DNA of 42,034 nucleotides from Candidatus Micrarchaeia archaeon (lineage in GTDB: Archaea > Micrarchaeota > Micrarchaeia > Anstonellales > Anstonellaceae), in assembly GCA_041662045.1 (NCBI GenBank), contig JBAZTI010000003.1:1-42034 (forward strand). The letters are read 5' to 3'. The notes under the pieces are model-generated. The model searched no databases. It was not told the DNA's origin and saw only the letters and a program-made list of their open reading frames with translations. Of the stretch, positions 27,004 to 35,308 are shown piece by piece. The position numbers and the translations under genes were made by a program. Numbering within the stretch: the first letter of the stretch is position 1; each line of letters opens with the position of its first letter.

Positions 27004-28127
27004 ACAGCCACCACTTTCCCCCTTTCCGCAATGAGCACGCGGTTGCCGTTCTGGTAGACCGCGTGGATGGTTGCCGTTATCGGGGATGCGCGCGCAAAGA
27101 CAATGTCGCGGTGCGTGCCCGATGCCACCTTGCCTGCGTGCGAGGAGGACGAGCCGAAGTGGTCGGAGCGGCCGTATGCAATGTGCACGCCTGCCTTTTC
27201 AGCCTCAAGCACAGGCACGCCGGGGGCAGAGCGCGCTGCGTCGTTCATCCCGAGCCCGAGCTCGGCGATGTTCGCGTTCCTCTCGTCGCGCGCAATGTCA
27301 TCGATTACCCGCCCTGCCTCGGAGCAGTCGCCCTGCACGCGCACAACCATGTTCCCCTCCACATGGAGGAATGCGACTTTCCTGTCCTTGTAGGAGTAGC
27401 TTGGCAGCACGCCCTTTGTCTGCGAGGCGCCGTAAAGCGAGCGCCCCTCGGCGGTGGCTGCCTCGTAAAGCGGGGTGAAAAGCTCGCCCGATGGGAAGTT
27501 GATGAACTCGCCAGCCATCCTGCACATGCCTGCATCGAGCAGCCAGTTGGAGGCGCGGGTGTCAAGGTAAAGCCGCGTGCCGCGCGGCACGCCAGCGCCG
27601 TCGAATGTGGCCTCAAAGCCGACAGCAGGCCGGACGACCGCAAGCAGGCGCCTGCCCCGCTCGGAAATGCGCGAGTAGTCAGCAGCCATGGCAGGCTCCA
27701 TTTCAGGCGTGACGCCAGGCATGGAAACCACGCGCAGGTGCGCGGCTTTTTTTGCGATGTTTTTCAGCGGGGCGGATGCCGAGTGCTCGGTCATCGCTAT
27801 CACGATGTCCGCGCTTGCTATGAACGCCGCAAGATCGTCCACCCTCCCGCCGTCGTGCGTGGCCGCAGCGGCTGGAAGGTCGGCGTTGGGGGAGGGGGTG
27901 TCGGGGTATTTCACCACGGGAAGCACGCGGAAGCCGGTGTGCTCGGCCAAAAGCGACGCAGCATTGTGCCAGCGCGAAAGCAGCTCTGCGCGGGCAAGCC
28001 TCGCAGCGGAGGGCCTGGCGCCGTAGTCTGTCAGGAAAAGCAGCCGCTCGCCCCTGCGCGGGGAAAGCATGTTCTGGAGAAGGCGCGCAATCTGCTCTGT
28101 TGCCATGGGCTTCATATCGGCTGCCAT
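27000..28127 (-). CDS. M29 (AmpS/PepS)-like aminopeptidase
   Basis: INFPSGELFTP, IAELGLGMN, VHIAYGRSD and SGTHRDIVF resemble the conserved M29 blocks (N-x-P-x-GE-x-F, E-x-G-x-G-x-N, H-x-A-x-G, H-x-D). Confidence 0.55.
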   Translation of the reverse strand: MAADMKPMATEQIARLLQNMLSPRRGERLLFLTDYGARPSAARLARAELLSRWHNAASLLAEHTGFRVLPVVKYPDTPSPNADLPAAAATHDGGRVDDLAAFIASADIVIAMTEHSASAPLKNIAKKAAHLRVVSMPGVTPEMEPAMAADYSRISERGRRLLAVVRPAVGFEATFDGAGVPRGTRLYLDTRASNWLLDAGMCRMAGEFINFPSGELFTPLYEAATAEGRSLYGASQTKGVLPSYSYKDRKVAFLHVEGNMVVRVQGDCSEAGRVIDDIARDERNANIAELGLGMNDAARSAPGVPVLEAEKAGVHIAYGRSDHFGSSSSHAGKVASGTHRDIVFARASPITATIHAVYQNGNRVLIAERGKVVAV

Positions 28128-28183
28128 ATGCGTGAATTGCGCGGCAAGGAATAAAACGCTTGCCAGGGAGAAGTGGAAAGCCG

Positions 28184-28735
28184 CTAAAGCAGCCTAAGCA
28201 GGCGCCTTATGCCGGAATAGAGGCGCACATGCTCCTTGTCCTGGTATGTGCATTCCCACGTAACCTTGTCGATGTCGTATTTTGCCTCGCCTATGAGGAC
28301 GTCGGTGCTTGTTGCAACGGGTATCCCCCTCTCAACCAAGCCTGAGACCACGGACGATACGCATACGAATGTGTGGAAGCCCGCCACTATTGCGAGCTTG
28401 GGCGGCGGGACCAGGCATTTTTCAAGGTCGGGAAAAGCGTGCTGGAATGGCTTTTCGAAGATCACAATGTCGCCTGTGCCTGAGAGCGCGGCATTGACGA
28501 TGCTCTCGCACAGGGGGGGCTCGGAGAGGAGATTCTTCCATATGATGATTGTTTTTGCTCCGGCTTTGGCGCTTTTTTCAACCAGCTTGCGCATGTTCTC
28601 AAGCTTTGCATCGAAATCTTCGTAGGCCTTCCGGTAGAGCCGCATGGCGTCAGGCGAGTTGGAAAACTGCACGTCCACGGCAATCACTGCGATATCGCTT
28701 GGCTTGAGCAGGGGGCCTGGCTTGCGAAGAAACAT
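28184..28735 (-). CDS. Isochorismatase-like cysteine hydrolase
   Basis: AVIAVDVQ (Asp), KPFQHAF (Lys region) and IVAGFHTFVCVSSV (Cys) follow the D-K-C pattern of the fold. Confidence 0.55.
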   Translation of the reverse strand: MFLRKPGPLLKPSDIAVIAVDVQFSNSPDAMRLYRKAYEDFDAKLENMRKLVEKSAKAGAKTIIIWKNLLSEPPLCESIVNAALSGTGDIVIFEKPFQHAFPDLEKCLVPPPKLAIVAGFHTFVCVSSVVSGLVERGIPVATSTDVLIGEAKYDIDKVTWECTYQDKEHVRLYSGIRRLLRLL

Positions 28736-28825
28736 GCGCCAATTAGAGGGGCAAAGTGATTTAAAGTTATTATGATTGTCTGGAAGTGTATAGCTTGCCC
28801 TTGGGCGCAGGAGCGCGGAGAAACC

Positions 28826-28873
28826 GATATAAAGAGATATATCAAAATGGACCTATCCAGAAACAGATATATC
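28826..28873. promoter_or_regulatory. AT-rich repeats upstream of the PadR operon (candidate operator and TATA)
   Basis: Inverted repeat GATATA-AAGAGA-TATATC (28826-28843). AGATATATC is repeated at 28835-28843 and 28865-28873. The second copy sits ~24 nt upstream of the padR ATG. Confidence 0.35.
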
Positions 28874-28892
28874 CAATAGGCGGCGGGCTTCC

Positions 28893-29219
28893 ATGGAAAC
28901 CAAGGCAAAATATTCGCACCCCGAGATGAAGGGGGGCAACTGCGTTTTCCTGCTCTGGCTCATAGGCAGGCAGGAGGCGCATGGCTATCAGATAATAAAG
29001 CTTCTCAAGGAAGAAGGCATGCACGTGGGGGCAAACAGGCTTTACCCTGTGCTTAGGAACATGCTCCGTGACGGCGTGATATCGCAGAAGGAGATGCGCG
29101 ACGGGAAGCGCGTAAGGAAGGTATATGTCATAACCCCGAAAGGGAGAAAGGCTCTTAAGGAAAGCAAGAGGCTTTTCCAAGGGATTGCGGGGGAATTCGC
29201 AAGGGAGATGCTTGAATGA
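28893..29219 (+). CDS. PadR-family transcriptional regulator
   Basis: GYQIIKLLKEEG..VGANRLYPVLRNMLRDGVISQK......RVRKVYVITPKGRKAL is the PadR winged-helix signature. Confidence 0.85.
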   Translation: METKAKYSHPEMKGGNCVFLLWLIGRQEAHGYQIIKLLKEEGMHVGANRLYPVLRNMLRDGVISQKEMRDGKRVRKVYVITPKGRKALKESKRLFQGIAGEFAREMLE

Positions 29220-29905
29220 GCAAGAAGAGCGACGACGTTATGCGCCTTGAGGGCGTGTGCAAGATATACGAGATGGGCGAGGACAAGCTCTATGCGCTGA
29301 ACAATGTGGACCTGGTGATAAAGAGGGGCGAGTTCGCCTCCATCCTTGGCCCATCCGGCAGCGGCAAGTCCACGCTTTTGCACATACTGGGGCTTCTTGA
29401 CGAGCCCTCGCGGGGGGAGATATACCTGGACGGCATCGAGGTGCACAAGCTGAACGACGACGAGCGCGCGCACCTGCGCGGCAAGAAGATAGGGTTCATA
29501 TTCCAGATGTTCAACCTCATCCCAAGCCTCACCGTGCTTGAGAACGTGACGCTGCCGGCGCTCATTTACGAGTCGGACCCGGAAAAAGCGCAGCAGAAGG
29601 CGGTTGAGACGCTTCGGCAGATAGGGATGGGCGAGCGGCTGGGGCATTACCCCAACCAGCTTTCGGGCGGGCAGAGGCAGAGGGTGGCGATTGCGCGCGC
29701 CCTCATCAACGACCCGGAGATAATACTTGCGGACGAGCCGACCGGCAACCTGGACACCAAGACGGGCCACGAGGTTCTCGCAATGTTCCATGACCTGCAC
29801 AGGCAGGGCAAGACCATGATAATAGTGACGCACGACACCAATGTCGCAAAAATCACCCACCGGACAATCCGCGTGGTGGATGGCAAAATCGCCAAGGAAA
29901 GCTAG
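29216..29905 (+). CDS. ABC transporter ATP-binding protein (MacB/LolD-type)
   Basis: Walker [11 protein letters not shown]-loop, signature LSGGQRQR, Walker [13 protein letters not shown]-loop VTHD. Confidence 0.92.
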   Translation: MSKKSDDVMRLEGVCKIYEMGEDKLYALNNVDLVIKRGEFASILGPSGSGKSTLLHILGLLDEPSRGEIYLDGIEVHKLNDDERAHLRGKKIGFIFQMFNLIPSLTVLENVTLPALIYESDPEKAQQKAVETLRQIGMGERLGHYPNQLSGGQRQRVAIARALINDPEIILADEPTGNLDTKTGHEVLAMFHDLHRQGKTMIIVTHDTNVAKITHRTIRVVDGKIAKES

Positions 29906-29915
29906 AGGTGAGAAT

Positions 29916-31421
29916 ATGGAAAACAGGATATTTGCAGTTTTGGCGCTCGCGCTTTGCCTTGCAGGCGCCGCGCATGCCACGCTTTACGTGGACTCGTATT
30001 CCGTGTCCCCGGCAAGCCTCAACCCCGGGCAGGAGGGAGTGGTCACTTTTGCCATACAAAACCCCATACCGACCGGCTTGACAACCACCGACCAGCTGGA
30101 GAGCGTGCAGGTATTCTATGCCGCGCCTGCCGGGATTGAGTACAAGGCAGCAAGCCCGTTCATGGTGGGCACCATAAGCGCCGGCGGCTCGGCATTGGTC
30201 ACAGTGCCTTTCAAGGTCCGCGCAGACGTGAAGGGAGGGGTGATAACCGCCCCGTTTTACATTTCCATGAAGGACGCGACAGACCTCAAGACAATAAATG
30301 CCGGGATAACCGTGGTGAACCCGGCCATACTGTCATTCAGCTCGGACCACCAGACCGTGCTTTCCACCGACCTGATAAACCTCACAATCACCAACAACGG
30401 GGGCTCGGCCTCCAGGGCATCGCTTTCGTTCGCAGCAGGGAGCAATTTCTCGTTCGTAGGCCTGACCTCGATATACATCGGCGACATCAAGGAATCCGTT
30501 TCGGTGATGGTGCCCCTTGACTCGAGGAAAGTGGCCGAAGGCGTGACAGGGGTGCCGTTCGTGCTTTCCTACACGGACGACGGCGGCAACAGCATTTCGT
30601 CCTCAAACACGCTCACGCTGGCAATCAAGAAGGAGAAGGCGGACGTGGCATTCACCCAGCTTGAGCCCATTGTGACCAACAAGGACAATGTGCTTCGCAT
30701 GAAGGTGAAGAACAACGGAAGGCCGCTTGAGGACTTCCGCGTTTACCTGACCGACGAGCTGGTAAAGGCAAAGGACTCGACGCCGATAAAGCTCGGGACG
30801 CTTGGCACCGATGACGAGAAGACGTTCGAGATCCTGGTCTTCGTCACCCAGCAGCCGGGCCTGAAGGCCACCTCATTCCAGATAAAGTGGGTGGAGGAGG
30901 ACGTGGACAAGGAAGAGGCCATCAGCGTGCCGATTGCGATAAGCTCGGACGCAGAGGTCGGGATATACCTGGATGCCAAGCCCGCCCCGATTGCGGTGGG
31001 CGGGGACTACACGCTCTCAGCTACAGTTTCCAACCTGGGCTCGTACAAGATAGCCAACGTGGTGGTGTCTCTCGAGGAGAGCGACGCGTTTGTCGGTCTC
31101 AACGTGCAGAAGGAGCAGTACATAGGCAACCTGGACAATGACGCATTCTCCACAGTGCAGTACAAGATACGCGTGAAGCCCGCCATTGAGGCAGGCCAGT
31201 ACCCGCTTGTTTTCAAGGTGCGCTACAAGGACCAGTCCGGCCTTTGGATTGAGAAGGAAATCAGGACGATGGTGAGCGTAAGGCCTGCAAGCGAGGGAGT
31301 GGCAAAGGACAACGGCAGCGGAACGCTTATGCTCATCGGGGGCGTGGCAGTGGTTGCGGTTGGCTACTGGTACTTCAGGATGAGAAAGCCCAAGCATGGG
31401 CTTTCTCAGAAGTCGAGCTAG
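29916..31421 (+). CDS. Secreted CARDB/S-layer-like repeat protein with a C-terminal TM anchor
   Basis: RBS-like AGAGGTGA precedes the ATG. Signal peptide MENRIFAVLALALCLAGAAHA, repeated beta-rich modules, C-terminal LMLIGGVAVVAVGYWYF plus a basic tail. Confidence 0.7.
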   Translation: MENRIFAVLALALCLAGAAHATLYVDSYSVSPASLNPGQEGVVTFAIQNPIPTGLTTTDQLESVQVFYAAPAGIEYKAASPFMVGTISAGGSALVTVPFKVRADVKGGVITAPFYISMKDATDLKTINAGITVVNPAILSFSSDHQTVLSTDLINLTITNNGGSASRASLSFAAGSNFSFVGLTSIYIGDIKESVSVMVPLDSRKVAEGVTGVPFVLSYTDDGGNSISSSNTLTLAIKKEKADVAFTQLEPIVTNKDNVLRMKVKNNGRPLEDFRVYLTDELVKAKDSTPIKLGTLGTDDEKTFEILVFVTQQPGLKATSFQIKWVEEDVDKEEAISVPIAISSDAEVGIYLDAKPAPIAVGGDYTLSATVSNLGSYKIANVVVSLEESDAFVGLNVQKEQYIGNLDNDAFSTVQYKIRVKPAIEAGQYPLVFKVRYKDQSGLWIEKEIRTMVSVRPASEGVAKDNGSGTLMLIGGVAVVAVGYWYFRMRKPKHGLSQKSS

Positions 31422-31434
31422 GGGCTCGGCTAAG

Positions 31435-31470
31435 ATGAGAAAGCGCAAGCCGGCGCTTTCCCAGAAGTAG
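31435..31470 (+). repeat. Degenerate duplicate of the last 13 codons + stop of the preceding gene
   Basis: ATGAGAAAGCGCAAGCCGGCGCTTTCCCAGAAGTAG (MRKRKPALSQK*) versus the gene end ATGAGAAAGCCCAAGCATGGGCTTTCTCAGAAGTCGAGCTAG (MRKPKHGLSQKSS*, 31380-31421). Confidence 0.8.
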
Positions 31471-31523
31471 CAATCATCCCGTGCCAATGCATCTGCAGGG
31501 CGGCATCAGGCCGAGGTGTATGA

Positions 31524-32744
31524 GTGAAACTCATCGACATATTGGTATATTCGCTCAAGAGCCTCGCGCACCGCAAGATGCGCGCCTGGCTCACCGTGCT
31601 GGGCATTGTGATAGGCATAGCCGCGGTGATATCGCTGATGACCCTGGGGCAGAGCTTCAATGACTCTGTCAACAAGCAGCTCTCCGCGCTTGGCTCCAAT
31701 ACCATTTTCATCACCCCCGCGGCAGAGTCTTCCGGAGGGTTTGGTAACGCGCCCATGAACCCTACCGCTGGCAAGCTTTACGACAAGGATGCGGAAAGGA
31801 TAAAGCGCGTGCCAGAAGTGTCCGACATCGCGCGCATACTTACCTCAAGGGGGAGCGTGGGCTACAGGGAAAAGAACCTCACAGCGAGCATAATAGGCGT
31901 GGAGCCTGGCGTTTTTGAGAAGACGACCGCGCTCAAGATTGCGGCAGGGCGCTTCCTGCAGGAGAACGACAGGCGCGTGGTGGTGATAGGCGACCAGGTG
32001 GCGTACGACACGTTTGGCAGCAGGAACACGCTTTCCGTGAACTCCGTGATCCTGATAAAGGGGATAAAATACAAGGTGGTGGGCATACTGGAAAAGTCCG
32101 GCGGAGGCTTTGGCTACAGCAACACGGACACAGGCATTTACATACAGTTCACCGAGGCGCGCGAGATGTTCAAGGCTTCCCTTGCCCCAAACGAGGTGCA
32201 GGCAATGGTACTGTCCGTGCGCGAAGGCTCTGACATGCCGGATGTGGTGGACAAGATAAAAAACGAGCTGGACGCCTCGCACAAGGTCAAGCCGGACAGC
32301 AGGGATTATTCCGTGGTGGACCCTGCAAGCATACAAAAGGCGGTGAGCAGCGTGCTTTCCATGATAACTGTTTTCCTCGGCGCGATAGCGGGCATTTCGC
32401 TCCTTGTCGGGGGGCTGGCAATCGCGTCCTCAATGTTCACATCGGTGATTGAGAGGACGCATGAAATCGGCGTGCTGAAGGCGATTGGCGCAACTAGGGG
32501 GGACATACTCGGCATATTCGTCATAGAGGCAGGGGCTATCGGGGGCATTGGCGGCGTGTTTGGCGTGCTCATAGGCATGGCAGTGGCTTACGCGGCCACA
32601 GTGTTCGGGCTGCCCTCTGCGGTTGGCTGGCCGCTCATTCTGTTCGGGGTGGGCTTTGCAGTCGTGATCGGCCTGGCGTCAGGCTTCGTGCCTGCGAGGA
32701 ACGCGGCAAGGATGACGCCCGTGGATGCGCTTAGGTATGATTGA
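31524..32744 (+). CDS. ABC transporter permease, MacB/FtsX family
   Basis: N-terminal TM helix, large periplasmic MacB_PCD-like domain, C-terminal FtsX-type 3-TM bundle (ERTHEIGVLKAIGATRGDIL). GTG start. Confidence 0.85.
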   Translation: MKLIDILVYSLKSLAHRKMRAWLTVLGIVIGIAAVISLMTLGQSFNDSVNKQLSALGSNTIFITPAAESSGGFGNAPMNPTAGKLYDKDAERIKRVPEVSDIARILTSRGSVGYREKNLTASIIGVEPGVFEKTTALKIAAGRFLQENDRRVVVIGDQVAYDTFGSRNTLSVNSVILIKGIKYKVVGILEKSGGGFGYSNTDTGIYIQFTEAREMFKASLAPNEVQAMVLSVREGSDMPDVVDKIKNELDASHKVKPDSRDYSVVDPASIQKAVSSVLSMITVFLGAIAGISLLVGGLAIASSMFTSVIERTHEIGVLKAIGATRGDILGIFVIEAGAIGGIGGVFGVLIGMAVAYAATVFGLPSAVGWPLILFGVGFAVVIGLASGFVPARNAARMTPVDALRYD

Positions 32745-32753
32745 GGGGCTTTG

Positions 32754-33968
32754 ATGAAACTGCTTGACATTTTCAAATACTCGATGGAAAGCCTCAGGCA
32801 CCGCCAGATGAGGTCATGGCTCACCATACTGGGCATTGTGATAGGCATTGCCTCGGTGGTGGCGCTCCTGACCATCGGCGAGTCGCTGAACACCGAGGTG
32901 AACAGGCAGCTCACGGCGCTTGGCGCGAACATGATATCCATCTCGCCGTCCACCGACCCGTTTGCCAACCCCTTCACATCCGCTTCATCGGGCAAGCTGT
33001 TCGAAAACGACGCGGAGAGGCTCAAGAGGATACCCGACGTGGTGGACGTCTCGCGGGTGGTGTACGGAAGGGCGAGCCTGGGCTACAAGGACAAGAAGAT
33101 AACCTCGCTTGTGATGGGAATAGACCCCAAAGTGTTCGAGACCATGTCCTCGATAGAGGTTGCAAACGGCAGGTTCCTGCAGGACAATGACAGGGGGGTG
33201 GTCGCAGTAGGCGGCCAGTTCGCAGAGGACGCATTCGGCGTCAGGAACAGGCTCAACGTGGGCTCCTACATCACCATCAACAATGAGAAATACCCCATAA
33301 TCGCGGTGCTGGCAAAGTCTGGCGGCGGGTTTGGCCTCAACACGTTTTTGGACAATGGGGTGTTTGTCACCTACCACGACGGCAAGGAGATTTTCAGGGA
33401 CAGCCTGGCGGACAAGGAGGTCAACGAGATAGACGTCACGGTGCGCGAGGGCGCGGATATGGACGAAGTGGTGGAGAAGATAACGCTTGAGCTTGCCGCA
33501 GCGCACAAGCTGCGCGTGGAGGACAAGGACTTCTCGGTTGTGGACCCCAAGACAATACAGGCATCCGTGGATTCCGTGCTTTCACTGATCACCGCTTTCC
33601 TTGGCGCAATAGCGGGCATCTCGCTGCTTGTTGGCGCGCTTTCCATTGCCAACAACATGTTCACGTCGGTGTTCGAGCGCACGCACGAGATTGGCGTGCT
33701 GAAAGCGATAGGCGCCACGCGGGGGGACATCATGAAGATATTCGTGTTCGAGGCAGGCGCTGTTGGCGCCATAGGCGGCTTTGCAGGCGTGCTCCTCGGC
33801 TACGCCCTTGCGCTTTCCGCGAACTTTTTCGGCCTGCCAACAGGCGTGAACCCGCTGGTTGGCCTGTTCGGCGTGGCATTCGCATTCGGCATAGGAATGG
33901 TGTCGGGCTGGGCGCCTGCCAACATGGCATCCGCGCTCTCGCCAGTGGACGCGCTCAGATATGAATAG
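32754..33968 (+). CDS. ABC transporter permease, MacB/FtsX family (paralog)
   Basis: Same architecture and the same ERTHEIGVLKAIGATRGDI motif as the preceding gene. Confidence 0.85.
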   Translation: MKLLDIFKYSMESLRHRQMRSWLTILGIVIGIASVVALLTIGESLNTEVNRQLTALGANMISISPSTDPFANPFTSASSGKLFENDAERLKRIPDVVDVSRVVYGRASLGYKDKKITSLVMGIDPKVFETMSSIEVANGRFLQDNDRGVVAVGGQFAEDAFGVRNRLNVGSYITINNEKYPIIAVLAKSGGGFGLNTFLDNGVFVTYHDGKEIFRDSLADKEVNEIDVTVREGADMDEVVEKITLELAAAHKLRVEDKDFSVVDPKTIQASVDSVLSLITAFLGAIAGISLLVGALSIANNMFTSVFERTHEIGVLKAIGATRGDIMKIFVFEAGAVGAIGGFAGVLLGYALALSANFFGLPTGVNPLVGLFGVAFAFGIGMVSGWAPANMASALSPVDALRYE

Positions 33969-33969
33969 G

Positions 33970-33978
33970 TTTTTAACC
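33970..33978 (+). promoter_or_regulatory. TATA box of tRNA-Leu
   Basis: TTTTTAACC centred 28 nt upstream of tRNA position 1. Confidence 0.6.
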
Positions 33979-34001
33979 AATTCTTCCAAATTCACTCTCG
34001 C

Positions 34002-34167
34002 GCAGGGATAGCCAAGCTTGGTCAAAGGCGCAGGACTCAGAGAGCCCTTTTTGCTCCTCCCGCAAGCGCTCGTCGCAAAAAGCGCTCGCGGAAAAGTAAA
34101 ATGTGCAACAAGGTCTTCGGAAATCCTGTCGGTTAGCCGTTCGTGGGTTCAAATCCCCCTCCCTGCA
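34002..34167 (+). tRNA. tRNA-Leu (anticodon CAG) with an ~81-nt intron after position 37 (about 34042-34122)
   Basis: Acceptor GCAGGGA/TCCCTGC, D arm GCC-AAGCTTGGTCAAA-GGC, anticodon stem CAGGA/TCCTG, loop CT-CAG-A, long variable arm (CGG-TTAG-CCG), T arm GTGGG-TTCAAAT-CCCCC (one U.C mismatch), discriminator A. Confidence 0.8.
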
Positions 34168-34184
34168 CTTCGCTCTTGCTCAGT

Positions 34185-34248
34185 GCAGGTCGGTTTCGAC
34201 CTGCGGTCGAAATCCCGCCAGCAAGCTGGCGGTCCCCCTCCCTGCACT
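34185..34248 (+). repeat. Degenerate second copy of the tRNA-Leu T-arm/3' end, embedded in two hairpins
   Basis: Hairpin GCAGGTCG-GTTT-CGACCTGC (34185-34204), T-loop-like GGTCGAAATCC, hairpin CGCCAGC-AA-GCTGGCG (34216-34231), then TCCCCCTCCCTGCACT (34233-34248), identical to 34154-34169. Confidence 0.85.
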
Positions 34249-34882
34249 AATCCTTTTTTCCCCTGCCAGTGTCGTAAAGGAGGATGCCTGGGCTCGGCGC
34301 ATAATCGGCATTCCAGTCCTGCAAGTCGAAAAGGTGCCTGGTGCCCCCGTCCGCCGCTTTTATCCCGAACCGCTTGCAAAGCGAGATGGAATAATCCATG
34401 ATGCGCGCGTGCATGCCGTGCAGGCAGATTCCAAGCGCGTGCTTCATGACCAGATCGAATACGTTTTCGCCTTCCTGCGCGTTGAGTTCCGGCACTTTGA
34501 ATGCTTTCACCACCTTGTCGGTGACGCCGCATGCCCTGCAGGGCGTTCCTATCCTGAAAACCAGATCTATGTCGCTTGATGCGCACAGGGGGCTGCCCTT
34601 TATCCTGCCGCCCACCATGTACAGCCTGACCCTGCCCGGGTCCATGCCGCAGTGCGAGTGCGCCTTCACCATGATGGCATATTCCTCGGCCAGGAGCCTC
34701 GCATACTCCGGAAGCCTGACATAGGCGCTTAGAAAGGTTTCCCGCTGCCCGCGGAGATTTTCCGGAGCCCCGTCAAGATCCATGATAAGCTTTTGCAAGT
34801 TGCGCGCCAAGGTTGCGCTTGGGCGGCCGGCAATCAGTGCGCCAGCCGTTGCTTCCGCCTGCTTATAGAGGGGGCCGTTCAC
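34247..34882 (-). CDS. Nucleotidyltransferase (Pol-beta superfamily) domain protein
   Basis: VGGRIKGSPLCASSDIDLVF fits the G-S-x(n)-D-x-D minimal NTase motif. Confidence 0.5.
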   Translation of the reverse strand: MNGPLYKQAEATAGALIAGRPSATLARNLQKLIMDLDGAPENLRGQRETFLSAYVRLPEYARLLAEEYAIMVKAHSHCGMDPGRVRLYMVGGRIKGSPLCASSDIDLVFRIGTPCRACGVTDKVVKAFKVPELNAQEGENVFDLVMKHALGICLHGMHARIMDYSISLCKRFGIKAADGGTRHLFDLQDWNADYAPSPGILLYDTGRGKKD

Positions 34883-35148
34883 AGGTTTTTTGTGTTAGAA
34901 AATGTTTATATATATTGACGTGCGCCTCGGTGCGGCTTGCACTCCCTGCACATAATAAGTAAGCATTAGTGCGCGTCAGATAAAATTTGAAATCATCCTG
35001 GGTCGGGGAGTCCAATCCCTTTCCCATCATCGAATCCACTTGTCCTCATGCGCGCACTCCTCTTGTGCCCCCTCCCGTATTTAACCCTGCCTTTTGCGCG
35101 CAAGGGCAAACCTAATTAAATCTTTGATGGGGATTTGCTGCGATAGGC

Positions 35149-35304
35149 ATGGCGGTATCAGAGTGCCCGGAATGCACGTTCCACATCCAGCTTGAGGAAG
35201 GGCTGGAGGTAGGGCAGGTCATCGCCTGCCCGGACTGCGGGGCGAAGATAAAGCTTGTGAAGGAGTTCCCGCCGGTGTTTGCGCGCGTGGGAGAGGAGCG
35301 GTGA
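35149..35304 (+). CDS. Small zinc-ribbon protein (LysW-like fold), 51 aa
   Basis: Not in the ORF track (<60 aa). MAVSECPECTFHIQLEEGLEVGQVIACPDCGAKIKLVKEFPPVFARVGEER has CPEC..(17)..CPDC as in LysW-type ribbons, but lacks the EDWGE tail. TATA-like CCTAATTAAATC lies ~30 nt upstream. Confidence 0.5.
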   Translation: MAVSECPECTFHIQLEEGLEVGQVIACPDCGAKIKLVKEFPPVFARVGEER

Positions 35305-35308
35305 GGGA

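Noticed and set aside
34974-35035. Candidate C/D-box sRNA on the minus strand: ATGATGG ... GATGATT ... CTGA, with roughly correct spacing.
   Set aside because: Box C and C' are imperfect, no recognisable D' box (ACTC), no terminal stem, and the D guide would be extremely AT-rich for a GC-rich genome. Not supportable without RNA-seq or a covariance model.
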